A stretch of DNA of 43,348 nt from Myxococcota bacterium (GTDB lineage Bacteria; Myxococcota_C; UBA6777): positions 1 through 43,348 of the forward strand of contig JAKLKB010000048.1 in NCBI GenBank assembly GCA_023150835.1. The letters run 5' to 3'. Below are positions 28,776 to 37,641 of the stretch, one piece after another. Under the pieces are notes generated by a model, which saw nothing but the letters and a program-made list of their open reading frames with translations, made no database searches and was not told the DNA's origin. Position numbers and translations under genes: made by a program. The first letter of the stretch is position 1, and every line of letters begins with the position of its first letter.

Positions 28776-30944
28776 ACTTGGGCTGATCGCGCTGCTTCTC
28801 TATGGATCGGGCTGGGGGCTCTTTTGCTCTTGCTCGCACGCTGTAGCGCGCCTCAACACAAAGGTCAGGCTTGCCTTCGCGAGCTGGACTGCGAAACCCC
28901 GCTCAAGTGCCTCCACCAACGTTGTGCAGATGGCCTGCTTGATTCTCCTTGTCGCACAGACAACGATTGCCAAACCAGCGCGGGGTTTTTTTGCGATCGC
29001 ACCGAACGCTGCACGCTACGACCACCCAACGAGATCCCCGAGACGGGCGACGAGCAAGAAAAAAACACAGAGGCTACTCCCGAAACCACCGAAGAGATCG
29101 CGCCTGAACCTGTACTCTCTTGCCGCACAAGCCGCCTCTGCCCGCCGAGCCAACTGTGCTTTCCCACCCCTGACGGTCGAGACAGTCGATGTCAAAGCAC
29201 TCCACGTCCTTGTGTCCGCGAGGATGATTGCCGGACCTCGCCTCATACAGCTTGCCGCCTTCTCGAACAGCGCGATGGTACGCTCCATCCGTATTGCATC
29301 CCACCGTATCCTTCGGTTGCTTCGGAACAGAGCGCGGGTGCGTCGTGCGAACAATCGGCGCAATGCTTGAGCGGGATCTGCTTGCTTCCGTTTTTTCGGC
29401 GCTGTGGTGGGTTTTGCCAACAGGATACCGATTGTCCTACAGGGTTTTTTTGTGGCCGCTATAGTTTCGGCGAACAAGGCGAATTCTCCGGCTGTTGGCC
29501 CTTGTGCCAAAGCAATGGGGATTGCCCGCAAGACTATCTCTGCCTCTCCCAAGGCCGCTGCCAGCCGCAATCGCCTGCGCGATGGGGCGGAGCTTGTACG
29601 CAGCGCGCAGATTGCCCTGCCTTCGCCACCTGCCGATCGACTTGGCCGGGAGGACTCTGCTCCCGAACATGCACTCCTGTGAGCCGTTCGTGCGCCCCCC
29701 AAGATCCGCCTTGTTTGGCCGATCACATATGCACCCAAGATCCCTTTTCTGGCCAGTTTTTGTGTACGCCCAACTGTCCAGCCGCCACGCGCTGCACCTT
29801 TATCGCTCCCCAACAAGCCCTCTGCCTGCCCACCTGCCAAGCGGATCGCGATTGCCGCTCTGAATACGCTTGCAATGCGCTTGGCTTCTGTATCCCTCGT
29901 GGTCAGGGCCAGATCGGCGATCTTTGCGAACGCGATCAAGATTGCTCTTCCGCGCAATGTCGTCTCTTCCCAAATGGCCGCTACTGCACGATCTCCTGTG
30001 AACAGGACTGCCCCGCTCGTTTCTTTTGCCGAAGATCAAGTTCCCAACAAGGCGGATGGTGCGAGCGTTTGTGTGACATCGACGCGGAGTGTTCCGAACA
30101 AGGATACCGATGTCGATCGCTGCGTTGTGAGCTGGCTTCTTTGCCGCCGCTGCCCGATGGTTCGGCTTGTCAAAGCGACACGCAATGTCAAAGTGGCCGA
30201 TGTTGGCTACACCCGCTTTTTCCCAACGGACTTTGTGCGCGTGCTTGCCGATCCCAAACAGATTGCGCGGGTGGGTTTCTTTGCCGCTCGCTTGATCCGA
30301 ACCAACGGTTGTGCCTGCCGACCTGTTCGCCGCGTTCGCCATGTGCGCGCTCCACATACGCTTGCTTGTCTGTGCCTTTGCTTGAGGACTCACAAACGGC
30401 TCGTCCCCTTCCTTGCTTCGGTGACGCTGACTGCCCATCCACAAAGATCGCCGATGTGACGAGCTTTTGCGCGAGAGACGATCAACAAAGCCTTTGTTCT
30501 GTTGGGGTCTGTGTCGGGCGTGGGAATCTGCGTGTCGGGTCGCTTTGCGCTCATTCTCTCGATTGCGAAACGGGGTTGTGTGTCTTTCCCCATCGTTTGG
30601 GCGGATCCGTGATCTCGTGTCAGCAAGATCGAGACTGTCCTGTGGCGACACCGCGTTGTCATCCCTCCCAGCGGCGTTGTGTCGGTTGCCTGTCCTCGGT
30701 AGATTGCTCTGTGGCCTCGCCGCTTTGCCGAGAGGGAGCTTGTACGGCGCTCGGTTATTGCGCTCAGATCTGCTCGGCTTCTTGCCCTGCACACACAGCT
30801 TGCGCAAAGCGCCGTGATCCCGCCAACTCCCCTCTGCCTGATGCCTGTCTTCCCCGTTGCAGCGGCACGATCCAATGCTCACAAGGCTTCTTTTGCCGCT
30901 CCGACGAAAACAATCCTTCGGCCTGCCACCCTACCGCCCCATGA
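28758..30944 (+). CDS. Cys-rich repeat exported protein (GxxCxxxxDC units)
   Basis: Hydrophobic signal LWIGLGALLLLLARC followed by many CxxDxDC / GxxCxxxxxCxSGxC repeats. Start uncertain (GTG 28758 or TTG 28698); the ORF-track start 28476 overlaps the upstream gene. Confidence 0.75.
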   Translation: MPRTRGTWADRAASLWIGLGALLLLLARCSAPQHKGQACLRELDCETPLKCLHQRCADGLLDSPCRTDNDCQTSAGFFCDRTERCTLRPPNEIPETGDEQEKNTEATPETTEEIAPEPVLSCRTSRLCPPSQLCFPTPDGRDSRCQSTPRPCVREDDCRTSPHTACRLLEQRDGTLHPYCIPPYPSVASEQSAGASCEQSAQCLSGICLLPFFRRCGGFCQQDTDCPTGFFCGRYSFGEQGEFSGCWPLCQSNGDCPQDYLCLSQGRCQPQSPARWGGACTQRADCPAFATCRSTWPGGLCSRTCTPVSRSCAPQDPPCLADHICTQDPFSGQFLCTPNCPAATRCTFIAPQQALCLPTCQADRDCRSEYACNALGFCIPRGQGQIGDLCERDQDCSSAQCRLFPNGRYCTISCEQDCPARFFCRRSSSQQGGWCERLCDIDAECSEQGYRCRSLRCELASLPPLPDGSACQSDTQCQSGRCWLHPLFPNGLCARACRSQTDCAGGFLCRSLDPNQRLCLPTCSPRSPCARSTYACLSVPLLEDSQTARPLPCFGDADCPSTKIADVTSFCARDDQQSLCSVGVCVGRGNLRVGSLCAHSLDCETGLCVFPHRLGGSVISCQQDRDCPVATPRCHPSQRRCVGCLSSVDCSVASPLCREGACTALGYCAQICSASCPAHTACAKRRDPANSPLPDACLPRCSGTIQCSQGFFCRSDENNPSACHPTAP

Positions 30945-31215
30945 AGCATCCAAACGAGACCTTGAAAGGGAAGGGTGGGGCTTACGCAAACACGCCTGCT
31001 TTTGTGTTTCTTGAGATCGCCTTCGACATTCCCTTGCGTACGCGCTTGACAAAACTCGGCGAACACACAAAGATAGGCCGAAAGTTCGAGAGCGACCGAA
31101 CAAGAAAGCCGATTTTGCTAGAAAAACAAGATCTTAGGTTGCTCTCTCAGGTGCCCCACCACCTCGTCTTGATGTGTCTGCCTGTTCAACGCACCAAGAG
31201 CAAAGGAGTCCGCCC

Positions 31216-31662
31216 ATGACCCGCACAAAATGGCTCGTTGTCGTCAGTCTCGTCGCTGTTGCCGCGATGATCGGTCTTGTTGTGACATACGCTTCGCAAG
31301 TGTCGATGCTTTACCTTAAAACCGATGAAGTTTTCGCACGTCTCGAAAAGTCCGCAACAACCGCACACAAAGGACCAGAAAGTCTCGTCGGAACCTATCT
31401 CCGTATACACGGGCATCTTAAAGCCAAAAGCGCTCGCCGCTACCAAGGCCGCCTTGATTACGAATTCTTTATCCAAGGCCAAAGTGGCCGCGCACTCAAA
31501 GTCCGCTACCAAGGCATCCTTCCGGATACTTTTCGCGATCATGCCGAACTGGTCATCGAAGGAAAACTCGTTCAGCCTGACTTGTTTCAAGCCTATTCGG
31601 TCTTTGCCAAGTGTCCGACCAAGTACAAAGAAGAAAAAGAACAAAAGAAACAAACCAGTTAA
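31216..31662 (+). CDS. ccmE: Cytochrome c maturation heme chaperone CcmE (CxxxY variant)
   Basis: N-terminal TM, YLKTDEV, VRYQGILPDTFR, VIEGKL, AKCPTKY. AAGGAG RBS. Confidence 0.92.
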   Translation: MTRTKWLVVVSLVAVAAMIGLVVTYASQVSMLYLKTDEVFARLEKSATTAHKGPESLVGTYLRIHGHLKAKSARRYQGRLDYEFFIQGQSGRALKVRYQGILPDTFRDHAELVIEGKLVQPDLFQAYSVFAKCPTKYKEEKEQKKQTS

Positions 31663-31775
31663 TACGAAATCCGCCCGTTGTGTGATCGTGAAGAGGTCGG
31701 GGCAGCCCCCCGTGACTGCCCAACAATCGGGCACCTTCGTACTCTCCTTTGTGGATACATCACTCGGATATCGTA
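31663..31775 (+). mobile_element. MITE-like element family A, copy 2 (113 bp, best preserved)
   Basis: TA-CGAAATCCG ... CGGATATCG-TA termini; internal GGGCAGCC/GACTGCCC palindrome; starts immediately after the ccmE TAA. Confidence 0.85.
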
Positions 31776-31918
31776 TAAGCCCCTTTTACCTGCGTCTGAG
31801 GCTCCGTTGAACGATCCAGCCCTGAGAGGCCACATTCCTCTCTTTTACCTTCCTCCTTCCTTGATTTCTTTTCAATACTTCCGATTTTTTATACTACCTG
31901 CGTAGGAGCAGATCACCC

Positions 31919-34201
31919 ATGCCGCTTTTTGCTTCCACTCTTGCCACCTTTGGGCAAGCCTTGATGATCCTCTCGCTTGTGAGTGTCAGCCTTGCTTTTT
32001 GGCTTGCTTTGATCGCGATCCGTCGGAAAGATGTGCGGTTCGTTTGGGCAAGCCATCGCGCTTCCGTTGGTTTTAGTCTGATCATGATCGTCGCTTATGC
32101 GATCTTGATTTACGCTTTTTTTGCACACGATTTTTCGATTAGTTATGTTGCGCGCTACTCTGAGCGCGCCATGCCTGCTTTTTATCTCTTTTGCGCGGGT
32201 TGGGGTGGACAAGACGGCTCTTTGTTGTTTTGGACGTTCTTGATGGGTGTGCTTTCGCTGATCGCCATCCACCAAGTCCGACACCATTATCCTGATCTTC
32301 ATCCTTCCTTTCTTGCGACAGTTTCGGGCGTTCAGCTTTTTTTTGCGATCATTACCTTCTTTGCAGCCGATCCCTTCGGCATTTTGCCTCACCCACCCGC
32401 AGACGGAAAAGGGCTGAATCCTCTTCTTCAAACTCCTGTCATGGCGATCCACCCGCCCACGTTGTACATGGGGCTGATCACCTTTTACATCCCTTATGCC
32501 CTTGGGATGGCCGCGATGGTCGCCAACAAACTCGACAACCGTTGGCTGCTTGCGAGTCGCCGCTGGACGTTGGTGTCGTGGACTTTTCTGACGCTCGGTA
32601 ATCTTCTTGGCGCGTATTGGGCTTACAACGAGCTTGGATGGGGTGGCTTTTGGGCGTGGGATCCTGTTGAAAATGCGTCGTTTCTCCCTTGGTTAACGGC
32701 CACAGCCTTCGTTCATTCGTCGATGATTCAAGAGCGTCAAGGGATGATGAAAGTTTGGAATATGTCACTATTGATCGTCACTTTTTTCTTGACAGTCTTT
32801 GGGACATTTTTAACACGGAGCGGTCTGATATCGAGTATTCATGCGTTTGCGCGTTCCGATATCGGTGCTTTCTTTGTGGTTTTTCTTGTGCTTGTGTTGG
32901 TGGTTTCTTTTGGGATGATGATCTACCGCAGCAAGGGGCTTGCGTCGCACAATATTTTGACTTCTCCGATCTCGCGAGAAGCGAGCTTTTTGCTGAACAA
33001 TGCACTTTTTTCGATCGCGACGTTTATTGTCTTGTTGGGGACGACCTACCCGTTGTTGCGGGAGTATACCCACGGGACCAAAGCGACGGTTGGGCCGGCC
33101 TTTTTTAATCGTGCGATGTCTCCTGTTGCGCTTGGGTTTTTGGTCTTGTTGGGGGTTTGTCCGTTATTGGGTTGGCGAAAGGTGGATCCTGCCCGATTGA
33201 TGAGGTTGTTGGTGCAACCCTTGTTGGCGGGCGTGGTGGGAGGCTTTGCTTTTCATGCGCTATTTTCGAGCTGGGGAGCAGGCGATCCCGATCCGTTTAC
33301 GCGCATCGCATCGAGCGTTGTTGCGGGCTTGTGTGTGTTTGTGCTTGTTGCGCTGTATGTCGAACTGCATGAAGAAGTGACACAGCGCCGTCGCAGCGAA
33401 GAAAGCGTCTGGACAACCACCCGCAAACATCTTGGAAAGATGCGTCGGCGTTATGGCGGTTATCTGGTTCATGTGGGCGTGGTGTTCGCGTTTCTTGGAT
33501 TTGCGGGGTATGGCTTTCGCCTCGAAAAAGCCGCTGCGATGAGCCAAGGCGAACTGGCCGATCTGGGAAGTGGTTATCTTGTGCGCTTTGATGGAATGAA
33601 AGCGTGGAAGGATCGGCAAAAACGTACGTATGAAGGTTATCTCAGCCTGTTCAAAAGCCAATTCGAGCGCACGATCACGATCTCAGAAAACCAACCGATC
33701 CGTCTGGATGCAGGCAGCAGCACGTTGCGTCTGATGCGCCTCAAAGGTGCGCTTGAACCCCAACAAGCCGTACAGATCGAAGTCCGCACCCCCAACGAGC
33801 CACCGCGTACCTTTGATGCAAACCAAGCCATCCCTTTCCAAGGAAAGTTGCTGCGCATCCAACATCCGCGTTTTGCGCAAGGCACGCCCGCTTCGCTGCT
33901 TCAAGTCGATCTCGCTGTATTTAAAACGGGTGCTGCGCTTGGCTCGCTGGTTCCTGCCCGTGAAAAGTTTAACAAACACCCCGAGCCGACCACCGAAGTG
34001 GCCCTGATGACGCGCATTACCGACGATATCTACGCGATCCTCGTCACGTGGGAAGCCGAGTCAGGAAAGCCGCTGCTTGCGCACTTCAAGTTTTACCTCA
34101 ATCCGCTGGTCTTTTGGCTGTGGTTTGGCGGCTTTTTGATGCTGCTTGGTGTGCTGATCGCGCTGCTGCCGAAACGGCAGATCACTCCCAAAACGGCTTA
34201 A
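31919..34201 (+). CDS. ccmF: Cytochrome c heme lyase CcmF
   Basis: WGGQDGSLLFW, GLNPLLQ..HPP, WAYNELGWGGFWAWDPVENAS (WWD domain), TRSG..SIHAF, NPLVFWLWFGG. Confidence 0.96.
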   Translation: MPLFASTLATFGQALMILSLVSVSLAFWLALIAIRRKDVRFVWASHRASVGFSLIMIVAYAILIYAFFAHDFSISYVARYSERAMPAFYLFCAGWGGQDGSLLFWTFLMGVLSLIAIHQVRHHYPDLHPSFLATVSGVQLFFAIITFFAADPFGILPHPPADGKGLNPLLQTPVMAIHPPTLYMGLITFYIPYALGMAAMVANKLDNRWLLASRRWTLVSWTFLTLGNLLGAYWAYNELGWGGFWAWDPVENASFLPWLTATAFVHSSMIQERQGMMKVWNMSLLIVTFFLTVFGTFLTRSGLISSIHAFARSDIGAFFVVFLVLVLVVSFGMMIYRSKGLASHNILTSPISREASFLLNNALFSIATFIVLLGTTYPLLREYTHGTKATVGPAFFNRAMSPVALGFLVLLGVCPLLGWRKVDPARLMRLLVQPLLAGVVGGFAFHALFSSWGAGDPDPFTRIASSVVAGLCVFVLVALYVELHEEVTQRRRSEESVWTTTRKHLGKMRRRYGGYLVHVGVVFAFLGFAGYGFRLEKAAAMSQGELADLGSGYLVRFDGMKAWKDRQKRTYEGYLSLFKSQFERTITISENQPIRLDAGSSTLRLMRLKGALEPQQAVQIEVRTPNEPPRTFDANQAIPFQGKLLRIQHPRFAQGTPASLLQVDLAVFKTGAALGSLVPAREKFNKHPEPTTEVALMTRITDDIYAILVTWEAESGKPLLAHFKFYLNPLVFWLWFGGFLMLLGVLIALLPKRQITPKTA

Positions 34202-34241
34202 ACTTTTCGACCCTCTTGATGACCACAAGGATCAAAGACAG

Positions 34242-35075
34242 ATGTTAAAAGGCAAACACATCGGATGTATCGGCGTCGGCAATATGGGGCGCGCCATGAT
34301 CGAAGGTCTCTTACAAGCCAAAGTTGTCCAAGACGCGCACGTCTGGATCGCGGATCGCAGCAGTGAAAAATTGCGCGCACTCACCGATACTTACCACGTG
34401 CAAACGGGATCCAATCGCGAAGTCGCCCAAGCTGCCGATATCTTGATCCTCGCGATCAAACCGCAAGATATGCCCCAACTACTCGAAGAGATCGCAGACA
34501 TGACCAGCAAAGACACGCTGCTGATCTCGATCGCAGCGGGCATTCCCACAGCGCTCATCGAATCTGCCCTTCCTCCCGCCGTTCCCGTGATCCGTGTCAT
34601 GCCCAATCTTCCCGCGATGATCGGTGCAGGGGCCTCGGCGTATTGCCTTGGTGCGCATGCTTCTTGGCCGCACGGTGTCGTCTGTAGCCTGATCTGCTCG
34701 GCGGTTGGGATCTCTGTCGAAGTCTCAGAAGACCAAATGGACGCTGTGACGGCACTTTCTGGTACTGGGCCTGCGTACGTCTTCTTGCTCGCCGAAGTCC
34801 TCACCGAAGCCGGCGCACGCGAAGGACTCCCCCGTGAGGTCGCTTCATACCTTGCCACCCAAACCCTCCTCGGAGGGGCCAAGATGATCGCACAAAGCGA
34901 ACTCTCTCCAGCGACCCTCCGCCAACAAGTCACCTCCCCCAACGGCACCACTGCCGCCGCGATGGCGGTCTTTGAACAAGAAGGTCTGCGCGAACTCTTT
35001 TATCGCGGTGTCCACGCCGCACGAAAACGCTCCGCAGAACTCAGCCAAACCCATCTCCCCCCAGCGCGCCCCTAG
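34242..35075 (+). CDS. proC: Pyrroline-5-carboxylate reductase
   Basis: IGVGNMG, LAIKPQ, ISIAAG, RVMPN, TALSGTGPAY, VTSPNGTT. Confidence 0.96.
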   Translation: MLKGKHIGCIGVGNMGRAMIEGLLQAKVVQDAHVWIADRSSEKLRALTDTYHVQTGSNREVAQAADILILAIKPQDMPQLLEEIADMTSKDTLLISIAAGIPTALIESALPPAVPVIRVMPNLPAMIGAGASAYCLGAHASWPHGVVCSLICSAVGISVEVSEDQMDAVTALSGTGPAYVFLLAEVLTEAGAREGLPREVASYLATQTLLGGAKMIAQSELSPATLRQQVTSPNGTTAAAMAVFEQEGLRELFYRGVHAARKRSAELSQTHLPPARP

Positions 35076-35137
35076 CCCCGCACCCAGCCGCAAACAACAC
35101 CGCGCCGAGTCAAGTCAAGGCCCTTTCCGAACAGGCT

Positions 35138-35983
35138 CTAATGCTCGGAAAGTACGGTTAAATCGAACGGTAGGAGCTGTTCTAGAGCGCCGCAGGCTTT
35201 TTGATGGATCTGGCAGATCCGCGACTCGCTGAGTTGGAACATCTCGCCGATCTCGCGCAGCGTTAATTCTTCAAAATAATACAAGTACAAGATCATACGT
35301 TGCCGCTCGGGTAGCTTTTCTAACGCTTCCATCACTTTCTTTTTGATCTCAAGCTGTTGGACGTATCCTTGTGGATCTTGGCGGCTGCGCGAAGAAAATG
35401 TCCCTGTTGTACTTGGACGCTCCGTTGCAAAGTCCAACGCTTCCATCTCCGTAAAGACAATAGGCTGGAACTGTTCGCGCATCTCTTCCACTTCCGCAAC
35501 AGAACACTCCATCGATGCGGCGACCTCTTCGTTTGTTGGATTGCGCCCCAAACGGACGCGCAGATGTGACTCGATGCGCTGGAATACCCGTGCTTTTCGA
35601 CGCAATCCCCTCGATAACACATCCGCTCGACGCAACTCATCTAAGATCGCTCCGCGTATGCGGATCTCTGCGTATTGGGTAAAAGCCAGCGCACCCGGCT
35701 CATATCGTTCCAACGCATCGATCAGCCCTACTACCCCAAGCGCGACCATATCGCCTTCTTCCATCAACGGCGGAAAACGGTAATTCAAACGACTAACGAC
35801 CCGCCGAACCAGCGGCATATAACGAATCACAGCTTCGTTTCGCTCGCTCTTGTCGGGCGTTTCCCCCATGTAGGCGTCTTGTTGCAAGCCGGCCTCTTTT
35901 TGCGTCCGATCTCCGCGCTCTTCGGGCACAGATGGGGCCTCCGCTTGATGTGGCGAAACCATTTCCTTCTTGTTGATGGGCAT
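35138..35983 (-). CDS. fliA: FliA/WhiG-family (sigma-28) RNA polymerase sigma factor
   Basis: GLIDALERYEP, YAEIRIRGAILDELRRAD..SRGLR, LYYFEELTLREIG..LSESRICQIH. GAGGAG RBS before ATG 35983. Confidence 0.9.
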   Translation of the reverse strand: MPINKKEMVSPHQAEAPSVPEERGDRTQKEAGLQQDAYMGETPDKSERNEAVIRYMPLVRRVVSRLNYRFPPLMEEGDMVALGVVGLIDALERYEPGALAFTQYAEIRIRGAILDELRRADVLSRGLRRKARVFQRIESHLRVRLGRNPTNEEVAASMECSVAEVEEMREQFQPIVFTEMEALDFATERPSTTGTFSSRSRQDPQGYVQQLEIKKKVMEALEKLPERQRMILYLYYFEELTLREIGEMFQLSESRICQIHQKACGALEQLLPFDLTVLSEH

Positions 35984-36047
35984 ACAACTCGCTCCTCGCG
36001 CAAACAACATAGGACAACACCATCCGAAACTCCGTCCAGTTTCGAAC

Positions 36048-36219
36048 CGAGAGAAGAAAGACGCATCTGGGGTTTTTTGTGGGGGTTTGCCCCACGCCCC
36101 GCCATAGGCTGTTGCCTCTTGACCCCGTGCTTGGCGAAAATCTCACTGTTTTCCACACAGGCCAATTTGTCACTTGAGCAGGCACGAACACGGGGTTTTT
36201 TAGCATCTGCGTCAATCTA
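36048..36219 (+). mobile_element. Small dispersed element family B, copy 4
   Basis: CGAGAGAAGA..TTTTGTGGGGGTTTGCCCCACGCCCCGCC..CTTGACCCCGTG..CTTGAG..GAACACGGGGTTTTTT..TGCGTCAATCTA, colinear with copy 2 over about 170 nt. Confidence 0.75.
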
Positions 36220-36510
36220 AAGAGAAAAGATATTACAAACATCAGGAATAAGATACTGTTGGATACAGGAACAAAAAGAAAAATTTGAAACCTCTTCTAG
36301 AGGAGATTTTTCACCTTTTGTCGAAACTTCGCAAGCGAAACGCCACGAAATTGAGGCACCGCACGAATGTCTCCACCAAACGCAGCAGCACAAGCCTCGT
36401 GTGCTTGTTCCGACGCCGCAGCGAAAAAATCGACGCGCACAAGAGAACACGCCAAAATGAGACTATACTTGTGATGCTGTTTTCGACAAGGCACCCAAAA
36501 GGAGAACCCC

Positions 36511-37518
36511 GTGATCCGTAAAGCCATGATCCTCGCTGCTGGTCTTGGGACGCGCTTGCGCCCGTTGACGTACCACCTCCCCAAGCCGTTGGTTCCTGTC
36601 GGCTTGCGATCGATGATCGCGCACCATCTCGATCAACTCGCTCGGCTTGGTATCCAAGAAGTGATGATCAATACCCACCATCTTGCAGAACACATCCCGC
36701 AAACTCTTGGGGATGGCGCAGCGTGGGGCCTTCAACTTCACTATTCCCACGAATCACCCGATATCTTGGGGACAGGAGGGGGACTGGCTCAGGTGCGCAC
36801 CTTCTTTGAACAAGAAGACGCTTTTTTGTTGCTGAACGGCGATATCTTGCACAATCTTGATCTCCTTGCGCTCGCCAAAGCCCACGCCGAAGCGCACGCG
36901 GCAGTCACGCTCGCACTTCGAGCGCACCCCGGCGATCCAGCGATGGGATGGATCGGGACCGATGAGGCTTTGCGGGTGTGGCGTGTTCCGGACATGGATG
37001 CGGTGCATCCGTTGCAAAAACAGATGTTTACTGGACTTTCGATCCTCACCCCGTCCGTGTTTTCGCACCTTCCCGCCCAAGGGTATAGTTGTATCCTGCG
37101 TTCTGGCGTGCGGGGGTTGCTAGAGCAAGGCGCGCACATCCAAGGCCACCTCGATGATCGCAGCGTCTGGGTGGATATCGGCACTCCCGCTCATTACCTC
37201 CAAGCCAACCTTGATGCGCTCGTGGATCCACGCTTTCCTTGCCCGATGGATGCACTGATCCGCCAAGGCACACAAGGCCCATTTTGGCTTTCTTCCCACC
37301 ACCAAGCCGATCTCAAAACGCTTACAGGCGGATACTCCTTGATCGGAGAACAGGCTTCCGTCGGCCCGCACTGTCACCTCGAACGCGTCGTCGTTTGGCC
37401 CCATGCACGCATCCCACCCCATTCGCGTTATCTTGATGGTATCGCGTATCTCGATCAATTTCTTTCTTTGCCTGCCGAAGGGCTTCGTGCGCCAAAACCC
37501 CTTCATCCCACCCCATAA
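36511..37518 (+). CDS. Nucleotidyltransferase (NDP-sugar pyrophosphorylase / MurU-like)
   Basis: KAMILAAGLGTRLRPLT..PKPLVPV, ILGTGGG, LNGDIL, WVDIGTP. Confidence 0.9.
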   Translation: MIRKAMILAAGLGTRLRPLTYHLPKPLVPVGLRSMIAHHLDQLARLGIQEVMINTHHLAEHIPQTLGDGAAWGLQLHYSHESPDILGTGGGLAQVRTFFEQEDAFLLLNGDILHNLDLLALAKAHAEAHAAVTLALRAHPGDPAMGWIGTDEALRVWRVPDMDAVHPLQKQMFTGLSILTPSVFSHLPAQGYSCILRSGVRGLLEQGAHIQGHLDDRSVWVDIGTPAHYLQANLDALVDPRFPCPMDALIRQGTQGPFWLSSHHQADLKTLTGGYSLIGEQASVGPHCHLERVVVWPHARIPPHSRYLDGIAYLDQFLSLPAEGLRAPKPLHPTP

Positions 37519-37641
37519 ACGCCCGAAAACAAAGGAGCAGGCGCAACATCGCGGCTCGTTGGGGCGTCCATTCCATCCCATAAACGCCCGTAAACGACGA
37601 GGTTTCGTGTGTTGCGTGTTGTATATCGCTCGCAGAAGCCT

